Made by a program: the position numbers and the translations under genes. A stretch of DNA of 63,415 bases, filler included, from Pirum gemmata (Eukaryota): NCBI GenBank assembly GCA_002812295.1. It is 20 parts of 20 records of this genome, joined end to end, with 100 filler letters (N's around TTAATTAATTAA, not from the genome) between each part and the next. Parts side by side here need not be neighbours in the genome. Positions count along the whole stretch, not along the records: positions 47,377 to 51,285 come from PDIN01004075.1; positions 51,386 to 54,300 come from PDIN01004076.1; positions 54,401 to 57,320 come from PDIN01004077.1; positions 57,421 to 60,368 come from PDIN01004078.1; positions 60,469 to 63,415 come from PDIN01004080.1; 15 more parts are not named here. One strand, 5' to 3'. Shown in pieces: positions 48,353-62,126 of this stretch (its first letter is position 1; the number at the start of each line of letters is the position of its first letter). The notes beneath the pieces are model-generated. The model saw only the letters and a program-made list of their open reading frames with translations. It made no database searches and was not told where the DNA came from.

Positions 48353-49294
48353 ATGACAAAGTTAATTATCTTGAATAATATTATTAAGCCTATAATTACC
48401 TATAGTTGTGAAATTTGGTGGTGTGATGCGGTGCAACTTGGAAAGCTAGAGAGTTTACAATTTTGTGTATTGAAATGGATATTGGGTTGTAGTGATACAA
48501 CTTCAAGTTCTTATGTTCGAAATGAGTTGGGTATAGAAAAGTTGGAATATCAATTGATAAAATTAAGACTTAAATGGTTTGGCAATATTATTGTTCACAA
48601 AAATGTTAATATTATTGGTAATTGATTTAGATCCCATATATGGTTTTAAAAGAAGAACATGGAAATAGTTTTCTAATAAATGTATTAAAAAGTGTAAACT
48701 TATTCAGTATTTTAATTAACAGCCTAGTCTCTCGTGATATTAATATGAATAAGTGGAATTGTGCACGTGAAGTAAGAAAAAGAATTAATAGAAAAGAGTT
48801 TAGAGATTAATATTTTACGACAGATATAAATAATTCGTATACGTAAATGTGATTTATATAAGAGGGTTAACAGTAGGAAGATAGATAAGAAGTTTTATAT
48901 TGACCCTGACTTGATTGTTATTAATGATATTTCACGTTTAAAATTTAAATTATTTAGCAACACTAGTGGTCTCAATGGAGAAAGAGGTAGACATAGAGGT
49001 AGTTTGGTTTCTAGAAATTGTAGCTGTTGTAATATTGATGTTAGCAATAAATATAATAATAATAATAATGACGATGACGATGATGTTGAAGACGACAAAG
49101 ATGATGACGATGATAATAATGATGATAATAACTTGACTTGTACTGAAGATACTTGTCATTTTTTAATTAGTTGTGAACTATATAAATTTCTTTTTGATAT
49201 TTTTAATTTGAAATTTGTGTTATTGTTTAGATGTATGTATAATAAGGATGAAATCAACAAAATGTTTAAAAAGAGAAATAATATAGTTAATTAA
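48353..49294 (+). mobile_element. Decayed 3' end of a non-LTR retrotransposon (RT thumb plus C-terminal CCHC zinc finger)
   Basis: IIKPIITYSCEIW..KLESLQ..ILG..VRNELGIEKL..LRLKWFGNII, then RLKFKLFS..GLNGERGR..RNCSCC..EDTCHFLISC. Interrupted by stops and an N/D microsatellite. Confidence 0.85.
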
Positions 49295-50051
49295 TAATAA
49301 GGATTTAGTTAATTTACATACTTGTTTAGTTAAGGTAAGTATTGACTCACTTTTGATTTCATTAAAAAAATGAACTTGAAACTCGAAATTTCAAATTTAA
49401 AATTGTCCCTATTTAATAATTAGGATCGAGATGTTTGTTTCGATTATATTCTCTAATAAGTAGCTGATATTCTATGTGGTAATCTAACATTTTGGCCTAG
49501 AATCTCAACACCAAATTGTCACCAATGTATAGTTATTGGAAAGTTTTTACTTTGTGGTTTTTCGTTGTTAATTATATGGAGTTTATTAGTATATATATTA
49601 TATATATTTCATACACTGTCCTTATTATACACACACACGAATATATATACATTTACAATATAGGAAAGCCTAAAACAATAGAAAGATTTGTGTAAAGTTG
49701 CAATTGGAATTTGTTTTTTTAAAATATACAATCAAATTTTATCCTCGATTTGGATGATTGATCCCTCTCATGTCGAAGGTAGTGGTATTAATTAATTAAT
49801 TAAGATGGCCTTCCGTGGAATAAATGAAGCTGAAATGAATCCTGAATTTGTTTGGTGTACGGTTAATAGTACCCGTTTTACCCTGTATGCTTTTATAGTA
49901 TCATAATCATTATCCTGATATATATAATAAATAGGCACGTAGTTCAGCTGTAGTTCTGTCTTTTGAAAATATCAAAGCTGAAATTGAAGAGGAATATTAT
50001 GACATATACGGCGTAGACCATAATTAGGACAAGGAATCATCCATAAAGGCT

Positions 50052-50162
50052 AATCTTACTATGCCTCTTTGCCCAAAACACTTTTGGTCATAATTTTAAA
50101 GTTCTTTTTAATACTTAATTACTGCCTAAAACAGTTTTTTTAAAAAAGTCACACTTTCGAAA
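50052..50162. repeat. Dispersed repeat; reverse copy at about 61439..61541
   Basis: AATCTTACTATGCCTCTTTGCCCAAAACACTTTTGGTCATAATTTTAAA...TTACTGCCTAAAACAGTTT...AAGTCACACTTTCG. Confidence 0.75.
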
Positions 50163-50331
50163 GTCTAAAAATGAGATGTACAAAAGTTGCCAAAACAAGA
50201 AATTTGAATGTCAATTTGCCCTTTTTTACCAATCATTATAGTCTATTTGTGATACCTTTTGTTTTTGTTTTTAGATAAATAATAGAAGCTCGATTTTTCC
50301 CTCAGAAGACTATAGGAGGACACTAAGCCTA

Positions 50332-50623
50332 GACTTCTCCGAATTCTGCCCGGGCAGAATTTGGCCTTTTTCGAGAAAATTTCTTCTCTAACTCGATCAA
50401 AAATTAATTTTTTGAAAAAAAAAAAAAAAAGGAGATTGATTCTACCACTATAAAAAATAAGTTTGAAATTTTCGAACGTATGTATTTATTTCTTAATAAA
50501 CTCGAAAAAATCAATTTAGAACAGACCAAACATACCAGAAATTCTGCTCGGCAGAAATCGAGCTTTTCGGGGCAGAAGGCAGAAGCGGAAAATCGAGTTT
50601 TAGGGGCAGAATCCGGAGAAGTC
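50332..50623. mobile_element. MITE family D with TA TSD (Tc1/mariner-type)
   Basis: TA|GACTTCTCCGAATTCTGCCC...GGGCAGAATCCGGAGAAGTC|TA. Confidence 0.8.
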
Positions 50624-51470
50624 TAACTAAACCTCCAAATCCTTACTTATTATAAATAATATATAGTGCTTTTCAGTTGTTTTGTCTTCATAAAATATAC
50701 AAAAAATGATACCAAATTAATATAATATAAATCCATTTCATTTAATTTGGTATATTTTATTATATATTTTAAACAACCAAATAAATACTCGGAGTGACAA
50801 AATAAATGAAATGCAAGAGAATATAAATAAATAATTATACCCTTTTACATTAGTACTACTATTTTATTATAATAGAAAACCGAATCGAACTGATTTTATA
50901 AAAAGTAGACTATATATAAACACAAGATAAAAACCACTTAAAACCACGCTTTAAAAAATATATATCATATATAGAGAGTTTGTGCCTATATAAGGGAATA
51001 CCTAATAACGGCAGACCTAATAAGGGAAATCCTAATAACGGCACTTCAGTTGGGTGACTGAAGTTACTGAACTCACTGAACTGTGACTGAACGGCAACTT
51101 CGGCAAGAGCTGTATACCAATGAAAAAGGTATCAAACGTCACGTGATTCTCATGTTTGGTTTTCATTTTTTTTTTTTTTTTTTTTTTGAGTTAAATATCA
51201 CTTTTGAGTCGGAAGTTTTGATTACAGAGACATTTATTGATATTTTTAATAATCAGTAGAAGTAATAAAATTTTATAATGAAGAANNNNNNNNNNNNNNN
51301 NNNNNNNNNNNNNNNNNNNNNNNNNNNNNTTAATTAATTAANNNNNNNNNNNNNNNNNNNNNNNNNNNNNNNNNNNNNNNNNNNNAAAAAAAAAAGGGTA
51401 AAAAAAAAAAGGAAAAAATTTATTTTAATAAATAAATAAATAAATAAATAAATAAATTTAATAAATTTAA

Positions 51471-51501
<31 letters not shown>

Positions 51502-51578
51502 ATAGATATAAATAAATTAATAAATAAATAACATGACATTGTATAGAACATTAGACTTAATTATTAAACACAAGTATC

Positions 51579-52436
51579 ATGATTTTGAAACCAAAGATTT
51601 TTTTAATCTTATTTTCTAACAAAAGATTAAAAAGCAAAATGGAAAGCAAGTTTAGTTTGGAATTATTCTTATGGAAGAACGGAAAATATCTGTATGGTGA
51701 AAATTTTTTAAGTACAAGTATTGATAATTTAGTCAGTTTAATAAATTACTTATATTGTGATGGGATCACCTCGTTACCTAACCGTATCGGTAATTTGGCC
51801 AATTTGGTTGGGCTAAAATGTAATAGCACAACGTCATTACCCGAAACTATTAGTAATTTGACCAATTTACAAATTTTAGAATGTAATGGAGTTACATCAT
51901 TACCTGAAACTATTGGAAATTTGACTAATTTAGAATACTTGTATTGTAATGGTGTAATTTCATTACCTGAAACTATTGGAAATTTGACGAGTTTAGTTTC
52001 GTTAGAATGTAATAGTGTAGTTACATTGCCTGGAACTATTGGAAATTTGACCAGTTTAGTTTCGTTAGAATGTAACAGAGTGACTTCAGTAAATGTTATC
52101 GGTAATTTGAACAATTTGCGTTTGTTAGAATGTAATGGCGCAACGTCTTTGCCTGTAACTATTGGTAATTTGAATAAGTTCAAGTATTTAGAATGTAACA
52201 GCGTGACGTCATTGCCAGAAACTATTGATAATTTGTTAAATTTAGAATGCTTGATTTGTATCGGAGCCACTATATTACCTGAAACTTTTGGTAAATTGAG
52301 TTTAAGATACTTCAAATGTGATGGAATATCATGCTTGCCAGACACTATTAATAATTTGCCTACCTTACTATTTCTTAAAAATATTCGAAAGTCTAAAAAA
52401 TTTTCGAAAGTCCGAAAAAATTTCGAAAGTCTGTAA
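51579..52436 (+). CDS. Leucine-rich-repeat protein, about 10 repeats of 21 aa (start may be Met at 51640)
   Basis: Repeat consensus NLTNLxxLECNGVTSLPETIG. The C-terminus runs into a TCGAAAGTC minisatellite. Confidence 0.85.
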   Translation: MILKPKIFLILFSNKRLKSKMESKFSLELFLWKNGKYLYGENFLSTSIDNLVSLINYLYCDGITSLPNRIGNLANLVGLKCNSTTSLPETISNLTNLQILECNGVTSLPETIGNLTNLEYLYCNGVISLPETIGNLTSLVSLECNSVVTLPGTIGNLTSLVSLECNRVTSVNVIGNLNNLRLLECNGATSLPVTIGNLNKFKYLECNSVTSLPETIDNLLNLECLICIGATILPETFGKLSLRYFKCDGISCLPDTINNLPTLLFLKNIRKSKKFSKVRKNFESL

Positions 52437-52570
52437 AAGTCCGAAAAATTTTCGAAAGTCTGTAAAATACTCGAAAGTATGTTTGAAAGTCCGAAAAATT
52501 TTCAAAGTCTGTAAAATACTCGAACGTCTACTCGAAAGTAACAAAAATATATCGAATATCTGATACATCG
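52384..52570. repeat. TCGAAAGTC(C/T)G minisatellite
   Basis: Recurrent units of about 20 bp. Confidence 0.75.
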
Positions 52571-52636
52571 AATAAGAAAAAAATGAAAAAAAAAATGAAA
52601 AAAAAAAAAAATAAAAAAAAAAAAAAAAAAAAAATA

Positions 52637-52677
<41 letters not shown>

Positions 52678-53099
52678 TCGAGAAAAAAGTCTGAGAAAAA
52701 AGTTAACCAAATATTTATAAATCCAAATGGTTCGGCTCGACTTATTTTTCTTTCCAAAGCTGTCCGAAGTCATAATTTTTTTTCTACCGATTCGGTAGTA
52801 TAATATTTTAAAGAAAAATTTAGTCCGAAAAAAAAAGTAAGAGTATTCCGATTATCACTAATAGTAATAACAGTTTCATAGTAGTTTCATCACTGTTTCA
52901 TCAGTAAAATAAATGCATATTTTCAAAGACTCCATGAATAATGTGAATAAAGTATGAAAGTAGTATGAATAAGTACTCCATGCCAGTTTAGTGCCAACTT
53001 TCCATTGTTTGTTTTTTCACAGTGTTTTTTCATCTATTCATAGTCTATCATAGTCTAGGTTTTTTCATGGAGTCTTTGATATTTTATATAATAAATAAA

Positions 53100-53840
53100 T
53101 CTAGCTAGCAATACTCTAGCAATGCTTAGCATAATTATGTTTATTATAATTATATCATACTAGCTAGGTTTATATCTAGTCTGGTATCGATATGATAATA
53201 TTATAATTATGATATGTACAGATGATTTTTATAATAAATAAGTTATGATTAGCTAGTTATGAACTTATGATATATCGATATATTTTAAATATCATATAGA
53301 GGGGTCTATGATAGCTAGATTTATAAAAACATGCAGTATAAACCCTAGTAGCACTCTAGTAGCTAGATAGTATCTAGCAGTATGCTATCGATACACTATC
53401 ATAATACTATCATACTATCATACTAGCTAGCTAGTATCATAGTATCATAGTATGATAGCTAGCTAGTAGAGCTGCTAACTAGCTAGTAGCTACGAGACTC
53501 TAGCTAGCTAGTGACTAAGTAGCGAGGTACCTACTGGCTCTAGCTAGCTAGCTAGCTAGAGAGTAGTAGAGTCGAGTAGAGTCTTTTATGATAATATCAT
53601 ATCTAGACTAGCTAGCTAGCTAGAGTCTTTTATTATGTTTTTAATAAACACTAATAACTACTACTAGCTAGCTATGTTAATAAATACTAATAACTACTAC
53701 CAGCTAGCTAGTCTAGCTGTTGACACTTCTTGCTAGTAGTAGCTAGCTAGCTAGTAAGATTCTAGCTAGTAAGCTCCTATCATAGCTACTAGTAGCTAAC
53801 TAGCTAGAGCTACTAGACGCTAGACTCTAGCTAGCTAGCC
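53100..53840. repeat. Degenerate (TAGC)n/(CTAG)n self-complementary low-complexity region
   Basis: Dense CTAG/AGCT. Smaller patches at 16533-16590, 37125-37205 and 61250-61350. Confidence 0.8.
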
Positions 53841-54075
53841 AGACGGAGAGTCACGGAAGTGTCACGGAGTCGGAGCCCGACTACATTCAACGAAAGGGAA
53901 AGGTTAGACTACTAACTAAACTACTAGTCTATGATACTTTTATTTTATCCACGAAACTAGTCCATGAAAGGGAAAGGTTACTTTTATTTTATTCATTTAT
54001 GGAAAGGTTTCTTTTATTTTATCCACGAAACTAGTCTGTCTACGAAAGGGAAAGGTAACTTTTTATTTTATTTTA

Positions 54076-54106
<31 letters not shown>

Positions 54107-56092
54107 TTTTTATTTTACTTTTATTTTACTTTTATTTTACTTTTATTTTACTTTTATTTTATTTTTATTTTATTTTTATTTTATTTTATTTTATTTTATT
54201 TTATTTTATTCTATTTTATTTTAATTTATCCTACCTTACTTTACCTCACCTCACCCAACCCCATCCCATTTTATTTTATTTTATTTTATTTTATTTTATT
54301 NNNNNNNNNNNNNNNNNNNNNNNNNNNNNNNNNNNNNNNNNNNNTTAATTAATTAANNNNNNNNNNNNNNNNNNNNNNNNNNNNNNNNNNNNNNNNNNNN
54401 TATTATTATTATTATTATTATTAGTATTGTTCTTGTTATTATTATTGTTACTGTTGTTGTTGTTGTTGTTGTTATTGTCGTTGTTGTTATCACTAGTAGT
54501 AGCACTAGTAGTAGCACTGATATTACTATTATGTTTATCCTCGTCCATTATTACATAATCATAATCATAATCGCTGCCGTTATCATTTTCATTATCATTA
54601 TTATTATCATATCATTATCATTATCATTATCATTATCATTATCATTATCATTATCATTATCATTATTGTTGTTGTTGTTGTCAGTACTGAAATCTTCTAG
54701 CCGTTTCTTTTGTGCTTTTTTCGAAAAAGCAATGGCTTTATCACTTAAAACTTCATATTCTTTCATTTGATTGATTTCTCTCTGTAAAGGCACCGTTTAC
54801 ATAAATGCAACCGACCTTAAAAATGAAAGTGTACAATTTAGATTGCCTTTCTGTTATCTCATATTCTTTGTTTGACTTTTGTTTCTGAAATTATTATTGG
54901 TATTATTATTATTGGTATTATTATTATCATTGGTATTATTATTATTATTGGTATTATTATTATCATTGACATTGATGCCGAGAAAGAATCTAAATTATTT
55001 TGATCACTTTTTCAATACGAGATACTGAAGCATATTTCATTTTTGTACGCAACATGGTCATTTCTACAAGCTAATCCTTTTGCTATATTGTTGCTATATT
55101 GTTGCTATTCGACTTGCTACATTTTTTCTTTACTGTGTACGTGCCAGATAAGGGTAAATTCTTCAAAGTTGGAAAACTCTACATTGTTCGTAAAAAACGG
55201 AAGAAATCGAAAAATCCCAAAAAGCAAGAAATAAAAGGAACGTCAACAGGGAAAAGAAGAAATTGGGATTATTTTGTTAATTGTTTTAAGTATTTATAAA
55301 TAAATAAACTTTATTTCACGAATCGCCATATGTTTTCTGACTAATTTTTTACGACAAAAAAAAAATATGTATAATTATAGTGTCATTCATATAATCATAA
55401 AATTAAAGTTATCCTATATTTTTTTGAATTATATTAGGTTAGGGTTAGGGGTCATAGATTAAGTGGTTACCGCTATACCGACGACTACAGAGTACAGCTG
55501 TCGTGTTCCACCCTGTGACTAAAGCGAGAAGCGTAGGGGTAGAGTTAGGGGCTAGGAGTTAGGGGGTTGGAATCATGAATTTTCAATTTATTTTATTTTA
55601 TTTTATTTTATTTTTATCAGTTGATTTATATTGACAGGTTAGAGGTTAAGGTTTACCCATAGTTTCCCTCTCCGAAATTTGCATTGTTTTTATTTGATTT
55701 TACTTTTGCTTTTGGTGCCGGTTACTACATGAAAACTAATTGGTCTAATATCGTTATTAATAAGAATTTATAATTTTATTTATTTATTATTGATTTATTA
55801 ATTCTTGTTATTTGGATAGTTTTATCATATATTACTTTGTTTGTCCCTCGGTCCTTCCGTCCTTCCCTCTATATTGTTTGGTTCTTGTGATTTGCATTAT
55901 TTTTGTTGTTGTTGTTGTTGCTATTAGTGTTGCTATTGGTGTTATTTTCTTAAGTGTTGTTTGTTTTGTGTAAATTTTATTTTCATAGAAACCCATGCTA
56001 AAAATAAAATGTAATATTTTTTTTTGCCTGCCCAAAAAGAATAATATATATAAATACATTTTTTAATAAAAAAAAAAGATTGAAAATATCAA

Positions 56093-56350
56093 CTACATTA
56101 TAACGCAACATCCTTGTTTTTTTTGTGGCACAGCTGCCGGTACTTCATTTTTTCGCACTAATCGTACTACTTCTTCGTATACTTCGTCGATATTAACACG
56201 GTTCCTGGCACTAGTTTCTAGGTAAGATACACCCCATTGACTTGTGGTTTGTTCAACTTCAGTAATATTTACTTCTCGATCATGATCCAAATCAGATTTA
56301 TTTCCGACTAGTATACATGGTAACTTTTGTGTATTTTTTAATTGTGTTAC
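56093..56350 (-). CDS. Last exon of a Ras/Rap-subfamily small GTPase
   Basis: After acceptor AAATAG: LPCILVGNKSDL (G4), YLETSAR (G5), basic KK and CAAX box CVIM with an adjacent Cys. Confidence 0.9.
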   Translation of the reverse strand, partial: VTQLKNTQKLPCILVGNKSDLDHDREVNITEVEQTTSQWGVSYLETSARNRVNIDEVYEEVVRLVRKNEVPAAVPQKKQGCCVIM

Positions 56351-58114
56351 CTATTTATATTTTTTTTATTCATTTATTCATAAGGGATCAGAATTAATAA
56401 GGCATTACTTTAAATGATGATATATATAAACCAACGACCAAACAATTTCCATACAAATTTATAATGATTACTGTTGATAATTTATTATAATATTTATCTA
56501 CAACATTATATACTACTTTACTATTTTTATCATACTAATTTATACTACTAACATCATCACTGTCACCACTACTACTACCACTACTAGAGCTACAAAATTG
56601 AATAAGAAAAGAACTACAATGACCAGCACAACAAACATAAGCATCGTACGCAATTAATATTTAATATATAAAAATATATATAAACTAAAAATGATAAAGA
56701 TCATAATGATTGGAACAAGAAATGTTAAGAACGAAACAGTATTCATTAACATACATAAAGCCCTCCTTAATTAAAATTTAATTGTTAGACAATAAATGAT
56801 AACATACCCATATATCGTTATACCAATACTTTTTAAAAACAAAAATAATAATAATAATAAAATAATTAAAACATGATCAAAAAAAAAATTGAAATGTAAC
56901 AGAAAAAAATATAAGATAACTTAATAATAATTAAATAGTAATAATTATATGATGATGATGATGATGATGATAGAAAGCAGCAGAATGATGGTTGACCTTA
57001 TCGGTTAGATAACAAAGTAAAGAAACAAAACCAACATAAATAACGAAACACAAAATTACATGAACACATAATACATTATATGTTTCAAAAAAACAAACAA
57101 ACAAATCACACACATACAACCCCGAAAAATAAAAAACGTGGGGAGGGAGGGGGATCAATATTATAAAGTGAAGCTGCAAAAAATATCCTTTTTAAAACGA
57201 AACTCAAACCCATATATTTGTTAAAAGGTAATAACTGACTTTTACAGAACAACAAAACTAAAAAAAACTGTAAAAAAAACTAAACAAAAAACCCAAACCT
57301 AATAATAATAATAATAATAANNNNNNNNNNNNNNNNNNNNNNNNNNNNNNNNNNNNNNNNNNNNTTAATTAATTAANNNNNNNNNNNNNNNNNNNNNNNN
57401 NNNNNNNNNNNNNNNNNNNNATAATAATATAATAATAATAATAATAATAATCAGAGTCGTCGTACTGTTAGGAACAGTTTGTAATACTTTGAATCGTGTT
57501 TTTCAATAGTGTTGTCCACTTCAAAAACTGAAATAAACGTACCAAATTATTATTATGATTAAACTATTAGACATGTTTTAATTGATTTGGTATTTTATAA
57601 TTAATGTTGTATTTTATAAAAAAGCTCAATTATACACTTAAACAGTACCAAATTAAAGATTAAGAAGACAACTGTAATGAAGACGATAGCAGTTTGTCTA
57701 GGGTCTCTATCATAGAACTTATCATAGACTTTCATAGAATATTTATAAATAAACTAATTATATTTATTTTATAAATACACTATATATAGTTAGCTAAACT
57801 TCCACTACCGGTAATATTGGATATAATTGTATATATACATATATACATATATATATATACATCATATATCTATATATAGTAATAGTAATACAATTGTTAG
57901 CTATTATTATTGCAAAGTTATGACAGCAGCAACAACAACAATAATTAATTAAACCAATTTTTTAAATTTGTATATTTATTTGTGTATTTATTTGTAAATG
58001 ATAATAATTATTATATATCGTTACCACTAATAGACACACTGGGCGTCATATAGATAACAGTTTAAATTTTGGCTACATTTATTGCTGGCTCAACATGCAT
58101 TGCACTAACCCTAA

Positions 58115-58325
58115 CTGGTCTAGTTTGGATTCAGAAGATCTAATTTGGATTTAGAAGGGATCTAGTTTGGATTCAGAGGGTCTAGTTTGGATTCAGTTAG
58201 GGTTAGGGTTAGGGTTAGGGTTAGTGGTCTAATTTGGGGGGGGGGGGGTCTAGTTTGGATTCGGAGGGGTCTAGTTTGGATTCGGAGAGGTCTAGCTTGG
58301 ATTCATAGTGATCTCGTTTGGATTT
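58115..58325. repeat. Minisatellite of about 21-22 bp (GTCTAGTTTGGATTC..) interrupted by TTAGGG repeats
   Basis: About 8-9 units. Confidence 0.8.
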
Positions 58326-58404
58326 GTATTAGTGTACCCGAGTACCAATCTCAAAAATGTAAAACTTATTATTCGGGTACAATTTTTGAGCAATTTGTAA
58401 TTAT

Positions 58405-59681
58405 TAATTATTTCTTTGTTGTGCTGTTGATCCGCCCAGACGATCCCCGTTTTTTAGTTTCACAAGTTATCGTATTTTTTCAATTTAGTTGTTCTTAAAA
58501 AAAAAAAAGTGAAATTGAATATTACTAAATTTTTATGTTAGTTAACGGATACAATTTTAAAAGTAATTTACTATCTTCAAATATTTCTAGTTTTAATAAT
58601 AATAAACACCTAATACTGTAATTTCAAAATACCACATAAATTAAAATGGCAGGGACACAAAAAAAGAAATTCACGATGGGTTATCTTGATATGTTTGTTT
58701 TTCCTGTGTGTTTTGTATACCTGTGTGTTTTGTATAATTATGTAATCTTTTATTTCTTTGGTGTGCTGATTATCCATCCAAACGATACCCGTTTTTTGGT
58801 TTTACAAGTTATCGTATTTTTTCAATTTAATTGTTCTTTTAAATAATAATAATAATGTGAAATTGAAAATTACCAAATTTTCATTATGTATTAGTTAACA
58901 GATACAATTTAAGTAATTTACTATCTTTAAGTATTTCTTTACTTTTATTAATAATAAACACCTAACATTGTAATTTCAAAATACCATATTAAAAAGGCAG
59001 AGTCACAAAAAAAGAAATTCATGATGGGTTGTTTTGATATGTTTGTTTTTCCTGTGTGTTTTGTATAATTATATAATCTTTCACTTCTTTGGTGTGCTGA
59101 TTATCTGTCCAGACGATACCCGTTTTTTGGTTTTACAAGTTATCGTTTTTTTTCAAAATAGTTTTTTTTCAATTTAAAAAATAATGTAAGATTGAAAATT
59201 ACCAAATTTTTATTATGTATTAGTTAACGGATACAATTTAAGTAATTTACTATATTTAAGTATTTCTTTACTTTTATTAATAATAAACAGCTAATATTGT
59301 AATTACAAAATACAATATCAAAAAGGCAGAGACACAAAAAAGAAATTCATGATGAATTGTCTTGATATGTTTTGTTTTTCCTGTGTGTTTTGTATAATTA
59401 TATAATCTTTCACTTCTTTGGTGTGCTGATTATCCGTCCAGACGATCCCCGTTTTTTGGTTTTACAAGTTATCATATTTTTTCCATTTAATTGTTCTTTA
59501 AAAAAAAAAAAATGTGAAATTGAAAATTACCAAATTTTTATTATGTATTAGTTAACGGATACAATTTTAAAATTAATTTACTATCTTTAAGTATTCAAGT
59601 ATTTCTTTAGTTTTAATAATAAGCACCTAAAAAAAAAGAAATCAATGATGGGTTATCTTGATATGTTTGTTTTTCCTGTGT
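58405..59681. repeat. Tandem satellite, about 330-bp unit, about 4 copies
   Basis: TTCTTTGGTGTGCTGATTATCC..GACGAT.CCCGTTTTT recurs at about 58411, 58753, 59085 and 59413. Confidence 0.9.
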
Positions 59682-59684
59682 CGA

Positions 59685-60368
59685 TGACCAAATTCGACTA
59701 TCGATATTTTTTCGATATATATCGAATTTCAAAAAATCAGATTGATATTTTTTCGATAAATATCGAATGTATATAAGTAAACATCGATAGTCTATCGATA
59801 TTATCAAATATTTGAAAGTTAAAATCGATGTTTTTCGATAAATATCGAATATTTGAAAGTCAATATCGATATTTTTTGATAAATATCGAATATCTGAAAG
59901 TCAATATCGAATATTTGAAAGTCAACATCGATATTTTTTTGATATTTATCGAAATAAAAAAAATAAATATCGATTATTTTTTTTTTGTGTTTACTAACAG
60001 ATATTACTCAGATATTCGACTTTCAAATAAAGTCAATATCGATATTTTTCGATAAATATCGAATATCTGAAAGTCAATATCGATATTTTTCGATAATTCA
60101 GATATTCGATATTTATCGAAAAATATCGATATTGACTTTCAAATATTCGATATTTAGCGAAAAAAAATCGATATTACCTTTCAAATCTAAAATCGATATT
60201 TTTCGATAAATATCGAAATTCTCAAACCAAAATCGATATTTTTTCGATAATATCGAAATTTTCAAACCAAATATCGATATTTTTCGATAAATATCGAAAT
60301 TGTCAAACCAAATATCGATTTTTTTCGATAAATATCGAAATTCTCAAACCAAATATCGATTTTTTTCG
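59685..60368. repeat. TCGA/ATCGAT-rich tandem array, about 40-bp units
   Basis: Starts TGACCAAATTCGACTATCGATA, like TGACCAAATGCGATAATCGATA at about 37225. Confidence 0.85.
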
Positions 60369-61036
60369 NNNNNNNNNNNNNNNNNNNNNNNNNNNNNNNN
60401 NNNNNNNNNNNNTTAATTAATTAANNNNNNNNNNNNNNNNNNNNNNNNNNNNNNNNNNNNNNNNNNNNTGATGATAATAATGATAATAATGATATGATGA
60501 TAATAATGATAATAATGATGATGATAATGTTGATAATAATTATGATGATAATAATGATAATAATGATAATAATAATAATAATAATGATAATAATAATGAT
60601 AATAATAATAATAATAATAATACACTAGATTTTTTGGTTCTTGACATTTCTATGATGGGGATCTCACTTTAGAAGTTCTCAACTTCTCATTTTTCCTTCT
60701 ATGGTGTAAGCAATGTAAAAACGACCATCGTTTTGGTTTCACTAGAATGTTCAGTTTTCAAAAAAGTAATTAAATATAGATATTTCATAGATTTGAAATG
60801 TTCGAACATAAAAAAAAAAGATTTTTTTTATTTAATTAGGAAAAAAAGTAGGGCGTTTTTAAATTAGTTGCACCATAGCCTTTTTTTTTAGTCTTGTTTT
60901 TTCACTCTTTAGAATTCTGCACTTTTCTCTTTGCGGAAAATGCGATGCTCAGAGATTTGATTTGATGAAAAATGTTGTTTTTGGTATTAAAATGTTTTTA
61001 AAAAATGGTCAAAATAAATTTCGAGTGTTCGAGTTT

Positions 61037-61090
<54 letters not shown>

Positions 61091-62126
61091 CACAGATTTT
61101 TCAAAACCACTTTACGTTTTTTCACGAATCATGATAGTTTTCACGACCACAAACGTTCAACTTTTGGGTTTCACTAGAGTTTTCAACTTTCGAACATTAG
61201 TAAGTAATATAGATTTGAAATTTTCAAACACAAAAAAACCCATACTATCATAGCTACAGCTACTACTAGGTAGTTAGCTAGTAGCAGTTACTAGCTACTG
61301 CAGCTACTGTAGCTAGCTAGAGTTCAGCTAGCTAGCTAGTCTAGCTAGTGTCTTGTTTTTCAGTTGTAAAAACTGTACTGTGGCTCACTTCTCTCAGGGC
61401 TATGGGAATATTCATAAAGGACAGATAAAAGTCATTGCCCGAAAGTGTGACTTAAACTGTTTTAGGCAGTAATTAATTATTTAAATGAATTTTAAAATTA
61501 TGACCAAAAGTATTTTGGACAAAGAGGCATAAGTAAGATTAGGTGATGAGGGGTCTCAGCCAGTGTTTAGTTAGTTGTTGTTGTTATTAATTAATATGAG
61601 GTGAATTTATCGAATTTTTTTGTCTGCGATTTTGTTTACAAAACAGTGCGATGTTGTTGTATAAACTTGTATCATTATATTTATATAGTCTAATGTCGAT
61701 AATAATTTTCGAAGAAAAAAAAGTAAAAAAACGGTAAGTCATTGTTGGAGACCATTGCATTTTTTTCTTTTTTGTCGTAGTCTTGAAAAATGAAAATTGC
61801 CTAATATTAGGAAATTGCTGTCTTAGTTAGAACTCGAGTTTCACTCTCAGTAGACTATCATAATTATTTCTTTTTATTATTACTAGTCTACTTTGCCTTT
61901 CATTTATTTTGTCTCTGAATATTTATTTGGTTGGTTATAGCATTTAAATTGACATTTTTCAATTAATTAATAGATAATAAAATAATATACCAAATAAAAT
62001 GAAATGGATTTATGTTGTATTAATTTGGTATTCTTTATTTTATATTTTATAATGACAACACAAAGGAAAAGCACGATATATACTTTTTAATTTGTAAAAT
62101 TGTAAATTTTAATTAATTGACTGGCT

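Noticed and set aside
49660..50030. Possible small exons (AFRGINEAEMNPEFVWCTV; ARSSAVVLSFENIKAEIEEEYYDIYG)
   Set aside because: No consistent stop-free spliced model could be built and no family was recognisable.
51746..52345. Antisense or alternate-frame ORFs over real genes (also 1518-1730, 28135-28563, 32367-32741, 39490-39792, 40313-40741, 45613-45859)
   Set aside because: Shadows of repetitive or GC-richer coding sequence with no independent protein features.
54551..55260. Minus-strand coding fragments (REINQMKEYEVLSDKAIAFSKKAQKKRLEDF)
   Set aside because: Short, runs into N/D microsatellites, and exon structure is unresolved.
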